Shown here one piece after another: positions 16,247 to 27,252 of a DNA stretch of 64,000 bases. The stretch's first letter is position 1. Each line of letters begins with the position of its first letter. The position numbers and the translations under genes are program-made. Under the pieces are notes generated by a model that was not told the origin of the DNA, ran no database searches, and was given only the letters and a program-made list of their open reading frames with translations. Origin of the DNA: Longimicrobiales bacterium (lineage in GTDB: Bacteria > Gemmatimonadota > Gemmatimonadetes > Longimicrobiales > RSA9); the NCBI GenBank assembly GCA_038257485.1, contig JBBSJG010000001.1, positions 3,559-67,558 of the forward strand, given 5' to 3'.

Positions 16247-19200
16247 ATGATAAAAAACCTGTTGTCCGGAATTTTTGGCAACCGCCATGACCGCGAGGCC
16301 AAGAAGCTTCGCCCCCTCGTCGAGGACATCAACGAGGTGGTGGAGGAACTGAGCCGCATGTCGGAAGAGGAACTGCGCGGCCAGACCGCGAAGTTCCGCG
16401 CGCTTCTGGAGGAGCGGGCCGTGGAGCTGCGTACGGATCTCGAGGAACTGCGCGCGCAGAAGCGTCAGACGGAGGATATCGGCGAGCGTGAGCGGCTGTC
16501 GGCGCAGATCCGCGAGGCGGAAGACGCGCTGAAGGCGGAGATCAAGGACACGCTCGACGAGCTGCTGCCCGAGGCCTTCGCGACGGTGAAGGAAGCGTGT
16601 CGTCGTCTGAAGGGCACAGCCATCGTCGTAACGGGTCAGACGATGACGTGGGACATGGTGCCGTACGACGTACAGCTGATCGGCGGTGTCGCACTGCACA
16701 ACGGCAAGGTCGCGGAGATGGCGACGGGCGAGGGCAAGACGCTCGTGGCGACCATGCCGCTGTACCTGAACGCACTCGCCGGTCGTGGCGCGCACCTGGT
16801 TACGGTCAACACCTACCTGGCAACGCGCGACAGCGAATGGATGGGCACGGTCTACCGGTATCTCGGTCTCACCGTGGACTGCATCGACCTGCACGAGCCG
16901 GGTACGCCCGCGCGTCGCGCCGCATACAATGCCGACATCACGTACGGCACGAACAACGAGTTCGGGTTCGACTACCTGCGCGACAACATGGTGCACTCGC
17001 TCGAACAGCGCGTGCAGCGTCCGCACTTCTATGCGATCATCGACGAAGTCGACTCGATCCTGATCGACGAAGCACGCACCCCGCTGATCATCAGCGGTCC
17101 GGTCGGTGAAGAGCAGTCGGAAGAATACAAGCAGTACAATCCGTCGGTCTCGAATCTCTTTCGTCAGCAGAACCGCATTGTCGGCGAACTGATTGCCGAG
17201 GCGGAGCGCGACCTGTCGGATAACAAGGAACGGGACGCGGGCGAAAAGCTGCTGGCAGCGAAGCGCGGCTCACCGAAGAACAAGCGGCTGCTCAAGTTGT
17301 TCTCGGAACAGCCGGGCCTGCAGAAGCTGGTGACGCAGGTCGAGGGCGAGTTCATGAAGGAGAAGTCACTCCATCTCGTGGACGAGCTTTCGCTGTTTGC
17401 GATGGACGAGAAGGGTCACAGCATCCATCTCTCCGACCGCGGCCTGGACACGCTGGCGCCGAACGATCCAGATGCGTTCATCGTTCCCGACCTCTCTGAA
17501 GAGATTGGGTCGATCGAGAAGGACGCGGAGATGTCGGTCGACCAGAAGCGCGAGCACATCCAGACGCTCGAGCGCGAGTACGCGGAGAAGAGCCAGCGGA
17601 TCCACGCGATCCATCAGCTGCTGAAGGCGTACACGCTGTACAATCGTGACGAGCAATACATCGTCGAAGATGGACAGGTCGTGATTGTCGATGAGTTCAC
17701 GGGCCGCAAGATGGCGGGCCGCCGGTGGTCTGACGGTCTGCACCAGGCGGTGGAGGCCAAGGAAGCGGTGAGTGTGCGAGGCGAGACGCAGACGCTCGCG
17801 ACCATCACGATCCAGAACTACTTCCGCATGTACGACAAGCTCGCCGGCATGACGGGTACGGCGGAGACCGAGGAGTCGGAGTTCCACCAGATCTACGGCC
17901 TGGCAGTGTCAGTCATACCGACCAACCGCCCGATCGTCCGCGATGACCGTCACGACCTCGTCTTCAAGACGAAGCGCGAGAAGTACAATGCAATCAATGA
18001 CGAGATCGAGCGCCTGTACAAGCTGGAGCTGCCGGTGCTCGTCGGTACGGTGTCAGTCGATGTGTCGGAGACGTTGAGCCGCATGCTGAAGCGCCGCGGC
18101 ATCCCGCACAACGTGCTGAACGCGAAATACCATCAGCGTGAGGCGGAGATCGTTGCGGGCGCGGGTCAGAAGGGTGCAGTCACGATCGCGACGAACATGG
18201 CCGGCCGTGGTACCGACATCAAGCTTGGCGAGGGCGTGAAGGAAGCGCGTACGCTGCGCTGGGTGAAGGAACACGGACTCGATCCGGCCGTAATGGTTGC
18301 GACGCCGGATCCCGCACGGGATCTCGACCCGACCAAATTGCGCGATGAGGACATCATCGAGCCAGGCGGTCTGCACATCATCGGCTCGGAACGCCACGAG
18401 TCCCGTCGTATCGACCGCCAGTTGCGCGGCCGTGCGGGCCGCCAGGGCGATCCGGGTGCGACGGAGTTCTTCCTGTCGCTCGAAGACGACCTGATGCGCC
18501 TGTTCAATTCGGAGCGGATTGCAGGGATCATGGAGCGTCTTGGCGCGGAGGAAGGCGAGGTGATCTCGCATGCGCTGGTGACGCGTTCGATCGGCAGTGC
18601 GCAGCGCCGCGTCGAGATGCAGAACTTCGAAGCGCGCAAGCGTCTGCTGGAATATGACGACGTCATGAACCAGCAGCGCGAGGTGATCTACGACCTGCGT
18701 CTGTTCGCGCTCGAGGGTGGTGAAGATCTGAAGGGCGAGGTCTGGGAGATGATCGAGCATGCGATCACGACCATGATCGACGAGTACCTGCCGGCTGACG
18801 TTCGTCCGGACGAGTGGGACCTGCCGGCTCTGCGTCAGCGCCTGGTGATCGACTACTTCATGGTGGTGGACGAGCTGCCGACGGACCTGGATGCGGAAGT
18901 CACATTCGGCAGCCGCGAAGAGGTCGAGGAGCTGGTGGTGGAGGCTGCACACAAGGCATTCCATCGCAAGCTCGAGAGCTGGACGGATCACCGCGACCGG
19001 ATCCTGTCGTGGATTCTGCTGGGTGTGATCGACGACAAGTGGCGCGACCATCTGTACGACCTGGATCACCTGAAGGCGTCGATCGGGTTCAGGAGCTGGG
19101 GTCAAAAGGATCCGCTCGTCGAATACAAGCAGGAAGCGTACGGCATGTTTGTCGAGCTGATGACCGACATCCGGAAGTCGGTTGGCGTGTTGACATTCCG

Positions 19201-19534
19201 CGCGCAGCTGGCCGTACCGCAGCCGCAGCCGGTCATGCCCCGCACCGTGACATTGAGCGGGCCCAGCGAGACGCCCGAGACGGGTGTGGCTGCGAGGCCG
19301 GCGTCATCGGAAACCACGCATGACGTGGATCCGCTGGCCGGCTCGATCGTCGCGGGCCGGAAAGTGGTGCAGGAGACCTTGCCTCAACCTGGCATGGACA
19401 TGCGCAGGGTACAGACCAATCGTTCGGCCGACGGCGTGCCGCCGCAGCCAGCGACGTCCGACAAGGTCATCGGGCGCAACGACCTCTGCCCCTGCGGGTC
19501 GGGGAAGAAGTACAAGAAGTGCCACGGCGCATGA
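16247..19534 (+). CDS. secA: Preprotein translocase ATPase SecA
   Basis: 1095 aa with MATGEGKTLVATMP (Walker A), the DEAD-like DEVDSILIDEARTPLIISG, and the C-terminal zinc motif CPCGSGKKYKKCHG. Confidence 0.98.
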   Translation: MIKNLLSGIFGNRHDREAKKLRPLVEDINEVVEELSRMSEEELRGQTAKFRALLEERAVELRTDLEELRAQKRQTEDIGERERLSAQIREAEDALKAEIKDTLDELLPEAFATVKEACRRLKGTAIVVTGQTMTWDMVPYDVQLIGGVALHNGKVAEMATGEGKTLVATMPLYLNALAGRGAHLVTVNTYLATRDSEWMGTVYRYLGLTVDCIDLHEPGTPARRAAYNADITYGTNNEFGFDYLRDNMVHSLEQRVQRPHFYAIIDEVDSILIDEARTPLIISGPVGEEQSEEYKQYNPSVSNLFRQQNRIVGELIAEAERDLSDNKERDAGEKLLAAKRGSPKNKRLLKLFSEQPGLQKLVTQVEGEFMKEKSLHLVDELSLFAMDEKGHSIHLSDRGLDTLAPNDPDAFIVPDLSEEIGSIEKDAEMSVDQKREHIQTLEREYAEKSQRIHAIHQLLKAYTLYNRDEQYIVEDGQVVIVDEFTGRKMAGRRWSDGLHQAVEAKEAVSVRGETQTLATITIQNYFRMYDKLAGMTGTAETEESEFHQIYGLAVSVIPTNRPIVRDDRHDLVFKTKREKYNAINDEIERLYKLELPVLVGTVSVDVSETLSRMLKRRGIPHNVLNAKYHQREAEIVAGAGQKGAVTIATNMAGRGTDIKLGEGVKEARTLRWVKEHGLDPAVMVATPDPARDLDPTKLRDEDIIEPGGLHIIGSERHESRRIDRQLRGRAGRQGDPGATEFFLSLEDDLMRLFNSERIAGIMERLGAEEGEVISHALVTRSIGSAQRRVEMQNFEARKRLLEYDDVMNQQREVIYDLRLFALEGGEDLKGEVWEMIEHAITTMIDEYLPADVRPDEWDLPALRQRLVIDYFMVVDELPTDLDAEVTFGSREEVEELVVEAAHKAFHRKLESWTDHRDRILSWILLGVIDDKWRDHLYDLDHLKASIGFRSWGQKDPLVEYKQEAYGMFVELMTDIRKSVGVLTFRAQLAVPQPQPVMPRTVTLSGPSETPETGVAARPASSETTHDVDPLAGSIVAGRKVVQETLPQPGMDMRRVQTNRSADGVPPQPATSDKVIGRNDLCPCGSGKKYKKCHGA

Positions 19535-19573
19535 CGCTCTGACGATCGACCCCAACTCGTGCGCACCTTGAAA

Positions 19574-19610
19574 GCCGCCGCGACCGCAGGGTCGCGGCGG
19601 TTCTCTTTTC
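19574..19610 (+). terminator. Rho-independent terminator after secA
   Basis: CCGCCGCGACC (19575-19585), loop GCAG, then GGTCGCGGCGG (19590-19600), followed by TTCTCTTTTC. Confidence 0.75.
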
Positions 19611-19621
19611 GGAGGTGATTG

Positions 19622-20338
19622 ATGTCAGGCGGGGAACTCTGTTCGTCCTATCGAATCAAGGAATGGCCGGTGCCCGAACGTCCGCGCGAGCGCATGAGAG
19701 AGCTCGGCCCGGGTGCACTGGCGACACGGGAGCTGCTGGGCATCCTCGTGGGGAGTGGTGGACAGGGCCGGTCTGCGATGGCGATCGCGGGAGCCTTGCT
19801 GCAGGGCGCGGAGGGATCGCTGCGCAGGCTGTCGACGCTCTCCGGCACGGACCTCGCACGCGTGGACGGTGTGGGGCCCGCGGTGGCAGCCAGGATCTCG
19901 GCCTCGCTTGAGCTGGGGCGGCGGCTCGCGAGGGAGGGGCCCAATGAACGGCTGCGAATCCGCGGCCCGCGTGACGTGTATGAGAGGTGCGCGCCGACCA
20001 TGAGGGATCTGCTGCAGGAGGAGTTTCGCGTACTTTTGCTGAACACACAGCATGCCGTCCTACGCGAGCTGCTCGTGACGAGGGGCACGCTCGATACATC
20101 GCTCGTGCATCCCCGCGAGGTTTTTCGTGCTGCCGTAGCGGAGGCGTCGAGCGCGGTTATCTTGGTTCATAATCATCCGTCCGGCGATCCGACGCCGTCC
20201 GCGGAGGACCGTGACGTCACGCGCCAGCTTGCCGAGGCGGGCCGCGTTCTCGGCATCCCTGTCGTCGATCATGTCGTTATTGGCGATGCACGATACGTCT
20301 CGTTCGTGGAGGCGGGTCTGCTCAGCCTGGAGAAGTGA
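19622..20338 (+). CDS. radC: RadC-family JAB-domain protein (UPF0758)
   Basis: The JAMM motif HNHPSGDPTPSAEDRDVT is present, with a helix-hairpin-helix-like N-terminus. The RBS GGAGG at 19611-19615 precedes ATG 19622. Confidence 0.85.
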   Translation: MSGGELCSSYRIKEWPVPERPRERMRELGPGALATRELLGILVGSGGQGRSAMAIAGALLQGAEGSLRRLSTLSGTDLARVDGVGPAVAARISASLELGRRLAREGPNERLRIRGPRDVYERCAPTMRDLLQEEFRVLLLNTQHAVLRELLVTRGTLDTSLVHPREVFRAAVAEASSAVILVHNHPSGDPTPSAEDRDVTRQLAEAGRVLGIPVVDHVVIGDARYVSFVEAGLLSLEK

Positions 20339-22543
20339 ATGGCGAGTATAGCTCCTGATGCAGTCAGCAATGCGGCGCTCGACGAGCTGCCTGCATCGCT
20401 GCGCGCGGTCATCGAACCGTATATGGAACGGCTCGATGTGGAGCTCATTGCGCGTGCGTACCGTTTCAGCGAAGACGCGCACAAGGGCCAGAAGCGCGCG
20501 TCCGGCGAGGCATACCTTGCCCACACCGTCGAAGTCGCGCGCATCCTCGCTGAACTGCACCTCGACACCACATCCATCGCTGCGGGACTCATCCATGACG
20601 TTGTTGAGGACACCGGCATCACGCTCGACGACCTGACGAAGGAGTTCGGGCCACAGATCTCCGCGATCGTCGATGGTGTAACGAAGATCGGCAAGGTGCA
20701 GTTCCGGTCGAGCACGGAACAGCAGGTCGAGAATTATAGAAAACTGTTGTTGTCGATGGCGCAGGACGCGCGCGTCATCGTCATCAAGCTGGCCGACCGT
20801 CTCCACAACATGCGGACGCTCGAGCACCTGCGGCCGGAGAAACGCCGTCGCATCGCGCTCGAGACGCACGAGATCTATGCGCCGCTCGCCCATCGTCTGG
20901 GCATGGCCCAGATGCGATGGGAACTGGAGGACCTCGCGTTCAAGCACATCGAGCCGTCGCATTACAAGGAGCTCGCGAAGAAGATCGCTGACCGGCGGGG
21001 CGAGCGGGAAGCACAGATCGAGGCACTGCGCGAACCGTTGGGCGTCGAGTTGCGCAATGCAGGGATCCCATGCGACGTGTACGGCAGGCCGAAGCACCTC
21101 TGGTCGATCCACCGGAAGATGCAGCAGCGAGGCAAGGAGTACGACGAGATATACGACCTGATGGCGATCCGCGTCGTCACTGACTCCATCGCGAACTGCT
21201 ATCACGCGCTCGGTATCATCCACAACAAGTGGACGCCGTTGCAGGAACGGTTTCACGACTATATCGCGACCCCGAAGTCGAACATGTACCGGTCGTTGCA
21301 CACGACGATCTTCGGGCCGGGTGGACGGCTGTACGAGATCCAGATCCGTACGCAGGAGATGCACCGTACGGCGGAGCATGGCATCGCCGCGCACTGGCGC
21401 TACAAGGAGGGCGAGAAGCGGCCGTCTGATGAAGTTGACGAGACGCTGACGTGGTTCCGGCAGGTCCTTGAGTGGCAGCAGGAGACACGCGAGCCGGAAG
21501 AGTTCCTGGAGTTCCTGCGCATCGATCTCTTTCAGGACGAGATCTTCGTGTTCACGCCGAAGGGCGACGTGAAGCAGCTGCCGAAAGGTGCGACGCCGAT
21601 CGACTTCGCGTTCGCGGTGCACACGGAAGTTGGATTGCATTGCGCTGGCGCGAAAGTGAACGGCAGGATCGCACCGCTGTCGCGCGAGTTGAAGAATGGC
21701 GACACCGTGGAAGTCGTGCGGGACGCTCGCCAGAAGCCGTCGCGTGACTGGCTCGGGTTCGTGAAGACATCGCGCGCGCGTGTGAAGATCCGGAACTGGA
21801 TCAAGCAGACGGAGTCGGAATCGGCGCTCGAGCTGGGGACGGAGTTCTTCAGTCGCGAGTTGCGGAAGGCGAGGCGCGAACGTCCATCGGAGGCAGCGCT
21901 CGAGAAGGCCGCGAATGCACTTGGGTATCCGAACTTCGAGCAGGTCTATGTCGCGCTCGGTCGTGGCGACCTGGGTCCGTACTCGATTCTGAAGGAGCTG
22001 TTTCCGGGTGAGGAGTCGGCCATTGTACGGGAGCCGACGACGCTCGAGCGCATCATGGAGAAGGTGCGGGGGAGTGGCAAAGGCGTTCGCATCCAGGGTG
22101 TGGACAACACGCTCGTGCGGTATTCACAGTGTTGCCAGCCGGTACCGGGCGACACCGTGATCGGATACATCACGCGCGGACGCGGCATCTCGATTCACCG
22201 CACGGACTGTCCGAACGTACTGAACCTGTCGCAGCATCCGGAACGCCGTGTCGAGATCGAGTGGGAAGCGGATGCGAGCGACCGCTTCTTCGTCCGCGTC
22301 ATTGTCGAGGGCACCGATCGTCGTGGTCTGCTGTCGGACATTGCCACGGCGATCACCGACACCGGGACCAACATCGCGTCCGCCGAGATCAAGACGGTCG
22401 AAGGCGGTATGACCGGATCATTCGTGGTGGAGGTTCAGCATCTTAACCACCTCAAGAAGGTCATGAAGCAGATACGACGTATCAACGGAGTGCTGGATGC
22501 GCAGCGCCGTGAGCATCTGTCGAGTGCGGAATACGAGGGATAG
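20339..22543 (+). CDS. rel: Bifunctional (p)ppGpp synthetase/hydrolase (RelA/SpoT homolog)
   Basis: 734 aa. It has the HD hydrolase motif (HDVVEDT), the synthetase core ([22 protein letters not shown]), a TGS domain and a C-terminal ACT domain. Confidence 0.95.
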   Translation: MASIAPDAVSNAALDELPASLRAVIEPYMERLDVELIARAYRFSEDAHKGQKRASGEAYLAHTVEVARILAELHLDTTSIAAGLIHDVVEDTGITLDDLTKEFGPQISAIVDGVTKIGKVQFRSSTEQQVENYRKLLLSMAQDARVIVIKLADRLHNMRTLEHLRPEKRRRIALETHEIYAPLAHRLGMAQMRWELEDLAFKHIEPSHYKELAKKIADRRGEREAQIEALREPLGVELRNAGIPCDVYGRPKHLWSIHRKMQQRGKEYDEIYDLMAIRVVTDSIANCYHALGIIHNKWTPLQERFHDYIATPKSNMYRSLHTTIFGPGGRLYEIQIRTQEMHRTAEHGIAAHWRYKEGEKRPSDEVDETLTWFRQVLEWQQETREPEEFLEFLRIDLFQDEIFVFTPKGDVKQLPKGATPIDFAFAVHTEVGLHCAGAKVNGRIAPLSRELKNGDTVEVVRDARQKPSRDWLGFVKTSRARVKIRNWIKQTESESALELGTEFFSRELRKARRERPSEAALEKAANALGYPNFEQVYVALGRGDLGPYSILKELFPGEESAIVREPTTLERIMEKVRGSGKGVRIQGVDNTLVRYSQCCQPVPGDTVIGYITRGRGISIHRTDCPNVLNLSQHPERRVEIEWEADASDRFFVRVIVEGTDRRGLLSDIATAITDTGTNIASAEIKTVEGGMTGSFVVEVQHLNHLKKVMKQIRRINGVLDAQRREHLSSAEYEG

Positions 22544-24570
22544 TGGCTGATTTCAACCTGACGCTCCCGTTCGAGTTGTCCGGCGACCAGCCGCAGGCTG
22601 TTGCGGAGCTGGTCACGGGGATCGAGAGCGGGCAGAACTTCCAGACGCTCCTGGGCGTCACCGGGTCGGGCAAGACTGTGACCATGGCTTCCGTCATCGC
22701 GAGGCACGGCCGGCCCACGCTGATCATGAGTCACAACAAGACACTGGCCGCGCAGTTGTACGGCGAGATCAAGGGGTTCTTCCCGACGAACGCCGTCGAG
22801 TTCTTCATCTCGTACTACGACTATTACCAGCCCGAAGCGTATGTCCCGTCATCGGACACGTATATCGAGAAGGACTCGTCGATCAACGAGGACATCGAGC
22901 GTTTGCGGCTGCGTGCGACGTCGTCGCTGATGGAGCGCGATGATGTGATCATAGTCGCATCGGTGTCGTGCATCTACGGCCTGGGCGATCCGCGCGAGTA
23001 CCGCGAGCTCATGCTGGTGCTCGAAGTCGGCCAGCAGATGGGACGGCGCGATATTCTGCAGGCGCTCGTACGCATCCAGTACACGCGCAATGATGCCGAA
23101 TTCGTGCGCGGCACGTTCCGCGTCCGTGGCGACGTCGTGGAGGTTTTCCCTGCATATGAAGAGCAGGGCGTGCGCATCGAGCTGTGGGGTGATGAGATCG
23201 AGCGGATCACGCGGTTCGATCCGATCACAGGCGACACGATTGTCCGGCTGCAGCGTGCGGCCATCTATCCGGCCACCCATTTCGTGACGCAGCGCAGTAC
23301 CGTCGAGAAGGCGGTCGTACATATCCGGGAGGAGCTCGACGAGCGACTGCTCGAGTTGCGCGGCAATATGCGGTTGCTGGAAGCGCAGCGGCTGGAGCAA
23401 CGCACGAACTTCGATATCGAGATGCTGCTCGAGATCGGAACATGCCCTGGCGTCGAGAACTATTCGCGGCACCTGACGGGCAGGACGACGGGTGAGCGGC
23501 CCGCGTGTCTCTTCGATTATTTCCCGGATGACTTCCTGCTGATCGTGGACGAGTCGCACGCGAGCGTGCCGCAGATCCGCGGGATGTTCAATGCGGACCG
23601 CGCTCGCAAGCTGACACTGGTCGAGCACGGGTTCCGCCTGCCGAGCGCTTTGGACAATCGCCCGCTCAAGTTCGACGAGTGGGAGCTGATGATGGAGAAG
23701 GCAATCTTCGTGAGCGCTACACCGGGCGACTACGAGTTGGGGGCGTCGGGTGGTGTGGTGGTTGAGCAGCTGATCCGCCCGACGGGTCTGCTCGATCCGG
23801 AAGTGTCCATTCGACCGGTGAAGGGGCAGGTCGATGATCTGCTGGCGGAAATCCGCGAGCGGGAGAAGAAGGGGGAGCGGGTGCTGGTGACGACGCTCAC
23901 CAAGCGCATGTCCGAAGATCTCACGGACTATCTGCAGGAGGTCGGTGTACGCGTGCGATACATGCACAGCGACATCGACGCGATCGAGCGTGTCGAGATC
24001 CTGCGTGACTTGCGGCTCGGTCGGTTCGACGTCCTTGTCGGCATCAACCTGCTGCGCGAAGGACTCGACCTGCCTGAGGTTTCGCTGGTTGCGATCCTGG
24101 ACGCGGACAAGGAAGGGTTCCTGCGGGACACGCGGTCCCTGATCCAGACCATCGGCCGCGCCGCGCGCAATGTGAACGGCCTCGCGATCATGTATGCCGA
24201 TCGGATCACCGGTTCGATGGCGAGGTGCATCGAGGAGACGGACCGCCGTCGCGAGACGCAGCGGGCGTACAACCTCGAGCATGGCATTGTGCCGACCACG
24301 ATTGTAAAGAGCTTCGAAGAGCAGATGCTGACGACGCGGTTTGCGGACGCGCGAGGTGACCAGCCGACGAAGCGGGTGGCCGAGACAAAGGCGAGCTACG
24401 CGGACGAGGTGAATCTCGAAGAGTGGGTGAAGATCCTCGAGCAGCAGATGCGCGAGGCAGCGGTGTCGCTCGACTTCGAGCGCGCCGCCGCGCTGCGCGA
24501 CGAACTGCAGACGGTGCGCACGCGACTCGGTGATGCATCCGGAACGGCGGAGTCGTCGCCATCACCCTGA
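22543..24570 (+). CDS. uvrB: Excinuclease ABC subunit B
   Basis: 675 aa with GVTGSGKT (Walker A), DESH, and the C-terminal UVR domain [11 protein letters not shown]. The GTG start overlaps the rel stop by 1 nt. Confidence 0.97.
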   Translation: MADFNLTLPFELSGDQPQAVAELVTGIESGQNFQTLLGVTGSGKTVTMASVIARHGRPTLIMSHNKTLAAQLYGEIKGFFPTNAVEFFISYYDYYQPEAYVPSSDTYIEKDSSINEDIERLRLRATSSLMERDDVIIVASVSCIYGLGDPREYRELMLVLEVGQQMGRRDILQALVRIQYTRNDAEFVRGTFRVRGDVVEVFPAYEEQGVRIELWGDEIERITRFDPITGDTIVRLQRAAIYPATHFVTQRSTVEKAVVHIREELDERLLELRGNMRLLEAQRLEQRTNFDIEMLLEIGTCPGVENYSRHLTGRTTGERPACLFDYFPDDFLLIVDESHASVPQIRGMFNADRARKLTLVEHGFRLPSALDNRPLKFDEWELMMEKAIFVSATPGDYELGASGGVVVEQLIRPTGLLDPEVSIRPVKGQVDDLLAEIREREKKGERVLVTTLTKRMSEDLTDYLQEVGVRVRYMHSDIDAIERVEILRDLRLGRFDVLVGINLLREGLDLPEVSLVAILDADKEGFLRDTRSLIQTIGRAARNVNGLAIMYADRITGSMARCIEETDRRRETQRAYNLEHGIVPTTIVKSFEEQMLTTRFADARGDQPTKRVAETKASYADEVNLEEWVKILEQQMREAAVSLDFERAAALRDELQTVRTRLGDASGTAESSPSP

Positions 24571-24638
24571 ACCAGTCCGACCTCGAAGCCTGGGGCGAAG
24601 AGATCGGCCGCACGATCGAGACGCCTGTCGTCATCGCG

Positions 24639-24995
24639 TTGCGCGGCGACCTGGGTGCCGGCAAGTCCGTGCTCGCGCGTGCGATCGCCCGAGGTGCCGG
24701 CGTCAGCGGGCCGATGCCGTCGCCTACATTCAATCTCCTTTACCGCTACACGGGGACGCGCGGTACAGTCGTTCACCTGGACCTGTATCGCCTCGAAATC
24801 GAGGATGATGTGTGGGAACTGGGGTGGCGTGAGCTGGGCGTGGGTGACGAGATCGTCCTCGCCGAATGGCCTGAGCGCGCGGAATCGCTGCTGCCAACGG
24901 ATCGCTGGGAAATCACCATCACGACCGCTGCCGAAGAGCACCTGCGAACGGTGCAGGCTGTGCCGTTCGGCAATGTCGGGGAGCTGACGCCATGA
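24639..24995 (+). CDS. tsaE: tRNA t6A biosynthesis ATPase TsaE
   Basis: GDLGAGKS P-loop, SPTFNL, HLDLYRL and EWPE motifs. The coordinates use the first canonical start, TTG 24639. TsaE-like sequence ([25 protein letters not shown]) continues upstream to about 24567 (see findings). Confidence 0.8.
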   Translation: MRGDLGAGKSVLARAIARGAGVSGPMPSPTFNLLYRYTGTRGTVVHLDLYRLEIEDDVWELGWRELGVGDEIVLAEWPERAESLLPTDRWEITITTAAEEHLRTVQAVPFGNVGELTP

Positions 24996-25666
24996 CGCAG
25001 TACCTCCTCGCGATCGACGCTGCGACATCGCATGGTGGTGTGGCGATCGGGCGCAATGGAATCGCGACCGCTGAAATCGGCATCAGCAACACATCCCGTC
25101 ACTCCGAACTGCTGCTGCCCGCGGTCGAGTTCGCGCTGCACGCGAGCGGTATCGGGCGTTCAGACCTCGGCGGAATCGTAGTTGGATCCGGACCGGGGTC
25201 GTTCACCGGTGTGCGCATTGCAGCGGCCACTGCGCGCGGCCTCGCCGCGGGATTGTCGATTCCGCTCTATGCATACTCGAGCCTCGCGTCGCTCGCCGCC
25301 GCAGCAGGGCGTGGCACCGCACCGGTGTGTGCGATGTTCGATGCTCGCCGCGGTGAAGTGTATGCTGCGTGCTATGAGTTCGGCGACGATGGGATGCACA
25401 CGCTGCTTGCACCGATGGCCGCGCCCGTGGAGAATGTGGTGCAGGCACTCGCGGGGATCGACGCCGTGTTTGTCGGCGATGGCGCGGTCGCCTATTCTGC
25501 GCGTTTGCCTCGCCCGCCCGTGGACCTGGGTCTCGTTCATCCGCGTGCTTCCGCACTGTTGTGGCTCGCGGCCCGTGATCCTGCCGCAGGACTCGTCGGA
25601 TTGCCTGCGTCTTTCGAGCCCGCGTATATCCGTGAGTCGGGGGCAACGCAGGGACTGAGCGTGTAA
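24992..25666 (+). CDS. tsaB: tRNA t6A biosynthesis protein TsaB
   Basis: LAIDAATSHGGVAI and GSGPGSFTGVRIAAATARGLA are YeaZ/TsaB signatures. The gene overlaps the tsaE stop (ATGA). Confidence 0.85.
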   Translation: MTQYLLAIDAATSHGGVAIGRNGIATAEIGISNTSRHSELLLPAVEFALHASGIGRSDLGGIVVGSGPGSFTGVRIAAATARGLAAGLSIPLYAYSSLASLAAAAGRGTAPVCAMFDARRGEVYAACYEFGDDGMHTLLAPMAAPVENVVQALAGIDAVFVGDGAVAYSARLPRPPVDLGLVHPRASALLWLAARDPAAGLVGLPASFEPAYIRESGATQGLSV

Positions 25667-26142
25667 TGACTGCGGTCACGCTGCGCGCCATGACCGAGGC
25701 CGATCTGCCGCGGGTTCTCGAAGTCGAGAATGCGTCGTACTCGGTCCCGTGGAGCGAAACGACGTTCCGGGGTCTGCTCCGTCGTCATGATGCCGAGGCT
25801 GTGGTGGCGGTGATGGATTGCAGCATCGTGGGTCACTCCGTGTACTGGTACGTGCTGGACCAGGGAGAGCTGGGCAACGTCGCCGTGGACACTGTGTGGA
25901 GAGGTAACGGCATCGGTGCGCGGCTGGTTGCGGAGATTGTTGCGCGTGCCGCGCGGCGTGGCGTGCGGGAGCTGTTCCTCGAAGTTCGTCCGTCCAATGA
26001 AGGTGCGCGCCACCTGTACGCGAAGTATGACTTCGAACAGGTCGGACGCCGTCGCAATTATTATCAGCAGCCGGTGGAGGATGCACTGGTGCTGCGGCGT
26101 GCCATGCTGGCACCGATCCCAAATCCGTCGATGGAGTACTGA
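25666..26142 (+). CDS. rimI: Ribosomal-protein-alanine N-acetyltransferase
   Basis: 158-aa GNAT protein with the acetyl-CoA motif [10 protein letters not shown]...[19 protein letters not shown]. The tsaE-tsaB-rimI synteny is classical. Confidence 0.8.
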   Translation: MTAVTLRAMTEADLPRVLEVENASYSVPWSETTFRGLLRRHDAEAVVAVMDCSIVGHSVYWYVLDQGELGNVAVDTVWRGNGIGARLVAEIVARAARRGVRELFLEVRPSNEGARHLYAKYDFEQVGRRRNYYQQPVEDALVLRRAMLAPIPNPSMEY

Positions 26143-27128
26143 TGGCAGGTTATCCGGAGTATCGTCCTCGGCGTCTGCGCCGCACGGCAGGCATACGCAG
26201 GCTGGTACGCGAGACGCGGTTGAGTGTGGACGACATGATTCTTCCACTGTTCGTCACGCATGGCACGGGTGTGCGCCGGCCGATCGGGTCGATGCCCGGC
26301 GTGGCGCAGACCTCGATGGACGAGTTGATTGCAGACGCACGTGAGGCCGCAACGCTCGGGATTCCCGCAGTTCTGCTGTTCGGTATCCCTGAGACGAAGG
26401 ATGGGACGGGAAGCAGCGGATGGTCGGAGGATGGCGTCATCCAGCAGGCTGTACGCGCACTGAAGCGCGAGCTGCCGGATCTCGTGGTTGTCACGGACGT
26501 CTGCCTGTGCGAGTACACATCGCACGGTCACTGCGGTGTGCTGCGCAATGATGCAGTGGACAATGACGCGACGCTGGAACTGCTCGCGAAGCAGGCGGTC
26601 AGTCATGCGCGCGCGGGTGCTGACATCATTGCACCGAGCGACATGATGGATGGGCGGGTTGGTGTGATCCGCGCGGCGCTCGATGAGGCAGGGTTCAGCG
26701 ACACGGCGATCATGGCGTACGCGGCGAAGTATGCATCGGCGTTCTACGGCCCGTTCCGCGAGGCGGCGGAGAGTGCGCCGCAGTCAGGCGACCGCCGTGG
26801 GTACCAGATGGATGGCTCGAACGGGAACGAAGCGGTGCGCGAGGCATGGCTGGACATCGATGAGGGTGCGGACATCGTCATGGTGAAGCCGGCCATGACG
26901 TACCTCGACATTGTCTGGCGAGTCAAGCAGGAGACGGGCTACCCGGTGTGCGCCTACCACGTTTCGGGAGAGTATTCCGCCATCATGGCGGCGGGCGAGC
27001 GGGGCTGGATCGACACCGAGCGGGCCATGCTGGAGGCGCTCGGGTCCATCCGCAGGGCCGGCGCCGACATGATCGTCACCTACTGGGCCCGCGAGTATGC
27101 CCGCCTCGCCCGGCAACGAGAGCTTTGA
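26142..27128 (+). CDS. hemB: Porphobilinogen synthase (delta-aminolevulinate dehydratase)
   Basis: 328 aa with RPRRLR, the Zn-site cysteines [14 protein letters not shown], the active-site [10 protein letters not shown], and YHVSGEYS. Confidence 0.95.
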   Translation: MAGYPEYRPRRLRRTAGIRRLVRETRLSVDDMILPLFVTHGTGVRRPIGSMPGVAQTSMDELIADAREAATLGIPAVLLFGIPETKDGTGSSGWSEDGVIQQAVRALKRELPDLVVVTDVCLCEYTSHGHCGVLRNDAVDNDATLELLAKQAVSHARAGADIIAPSDMMDGRVGVIRAALDEAGFSDTAIMAYAAKYASAFYGPFREAAESAPQSGDRRGYQMDGSNGNEAVREAWLDIDEGADIVMVKPAMTYLDIVWRVKQETGYPVCAYHVSGEYSAIMAAGERGWIDTERAMLEALGSIRRAGADMIVTYWAREYARLARQREL

Positions 27129-27252
27129 CAGGGCTATTCCCCGGGCCTATCTTGGTGTCACCTCCCCGGGAAAACGAATCCTACGCGCGTGTGCCCGTGT
27201 CTCTTCGAGTCGCGGGTGGCGCTTGATATCCTTCATCAGGCGAGGCTACCTC

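Noticed and set aside
24530-24808. The 92-aa ORF in the +2 frame across the uvrB/tsaE junction, and the idea of a programmed frameshift fusing uvrB to tsaE.
   Set aside because: The translation is Arg/Pro-rich with no motifs. uvrB ends with a normal UVR domain and tail, and I saw no slippery heptamer at the junction. A non-canonical (CTG) reinitiation start for tsaE is the simpler explanation.
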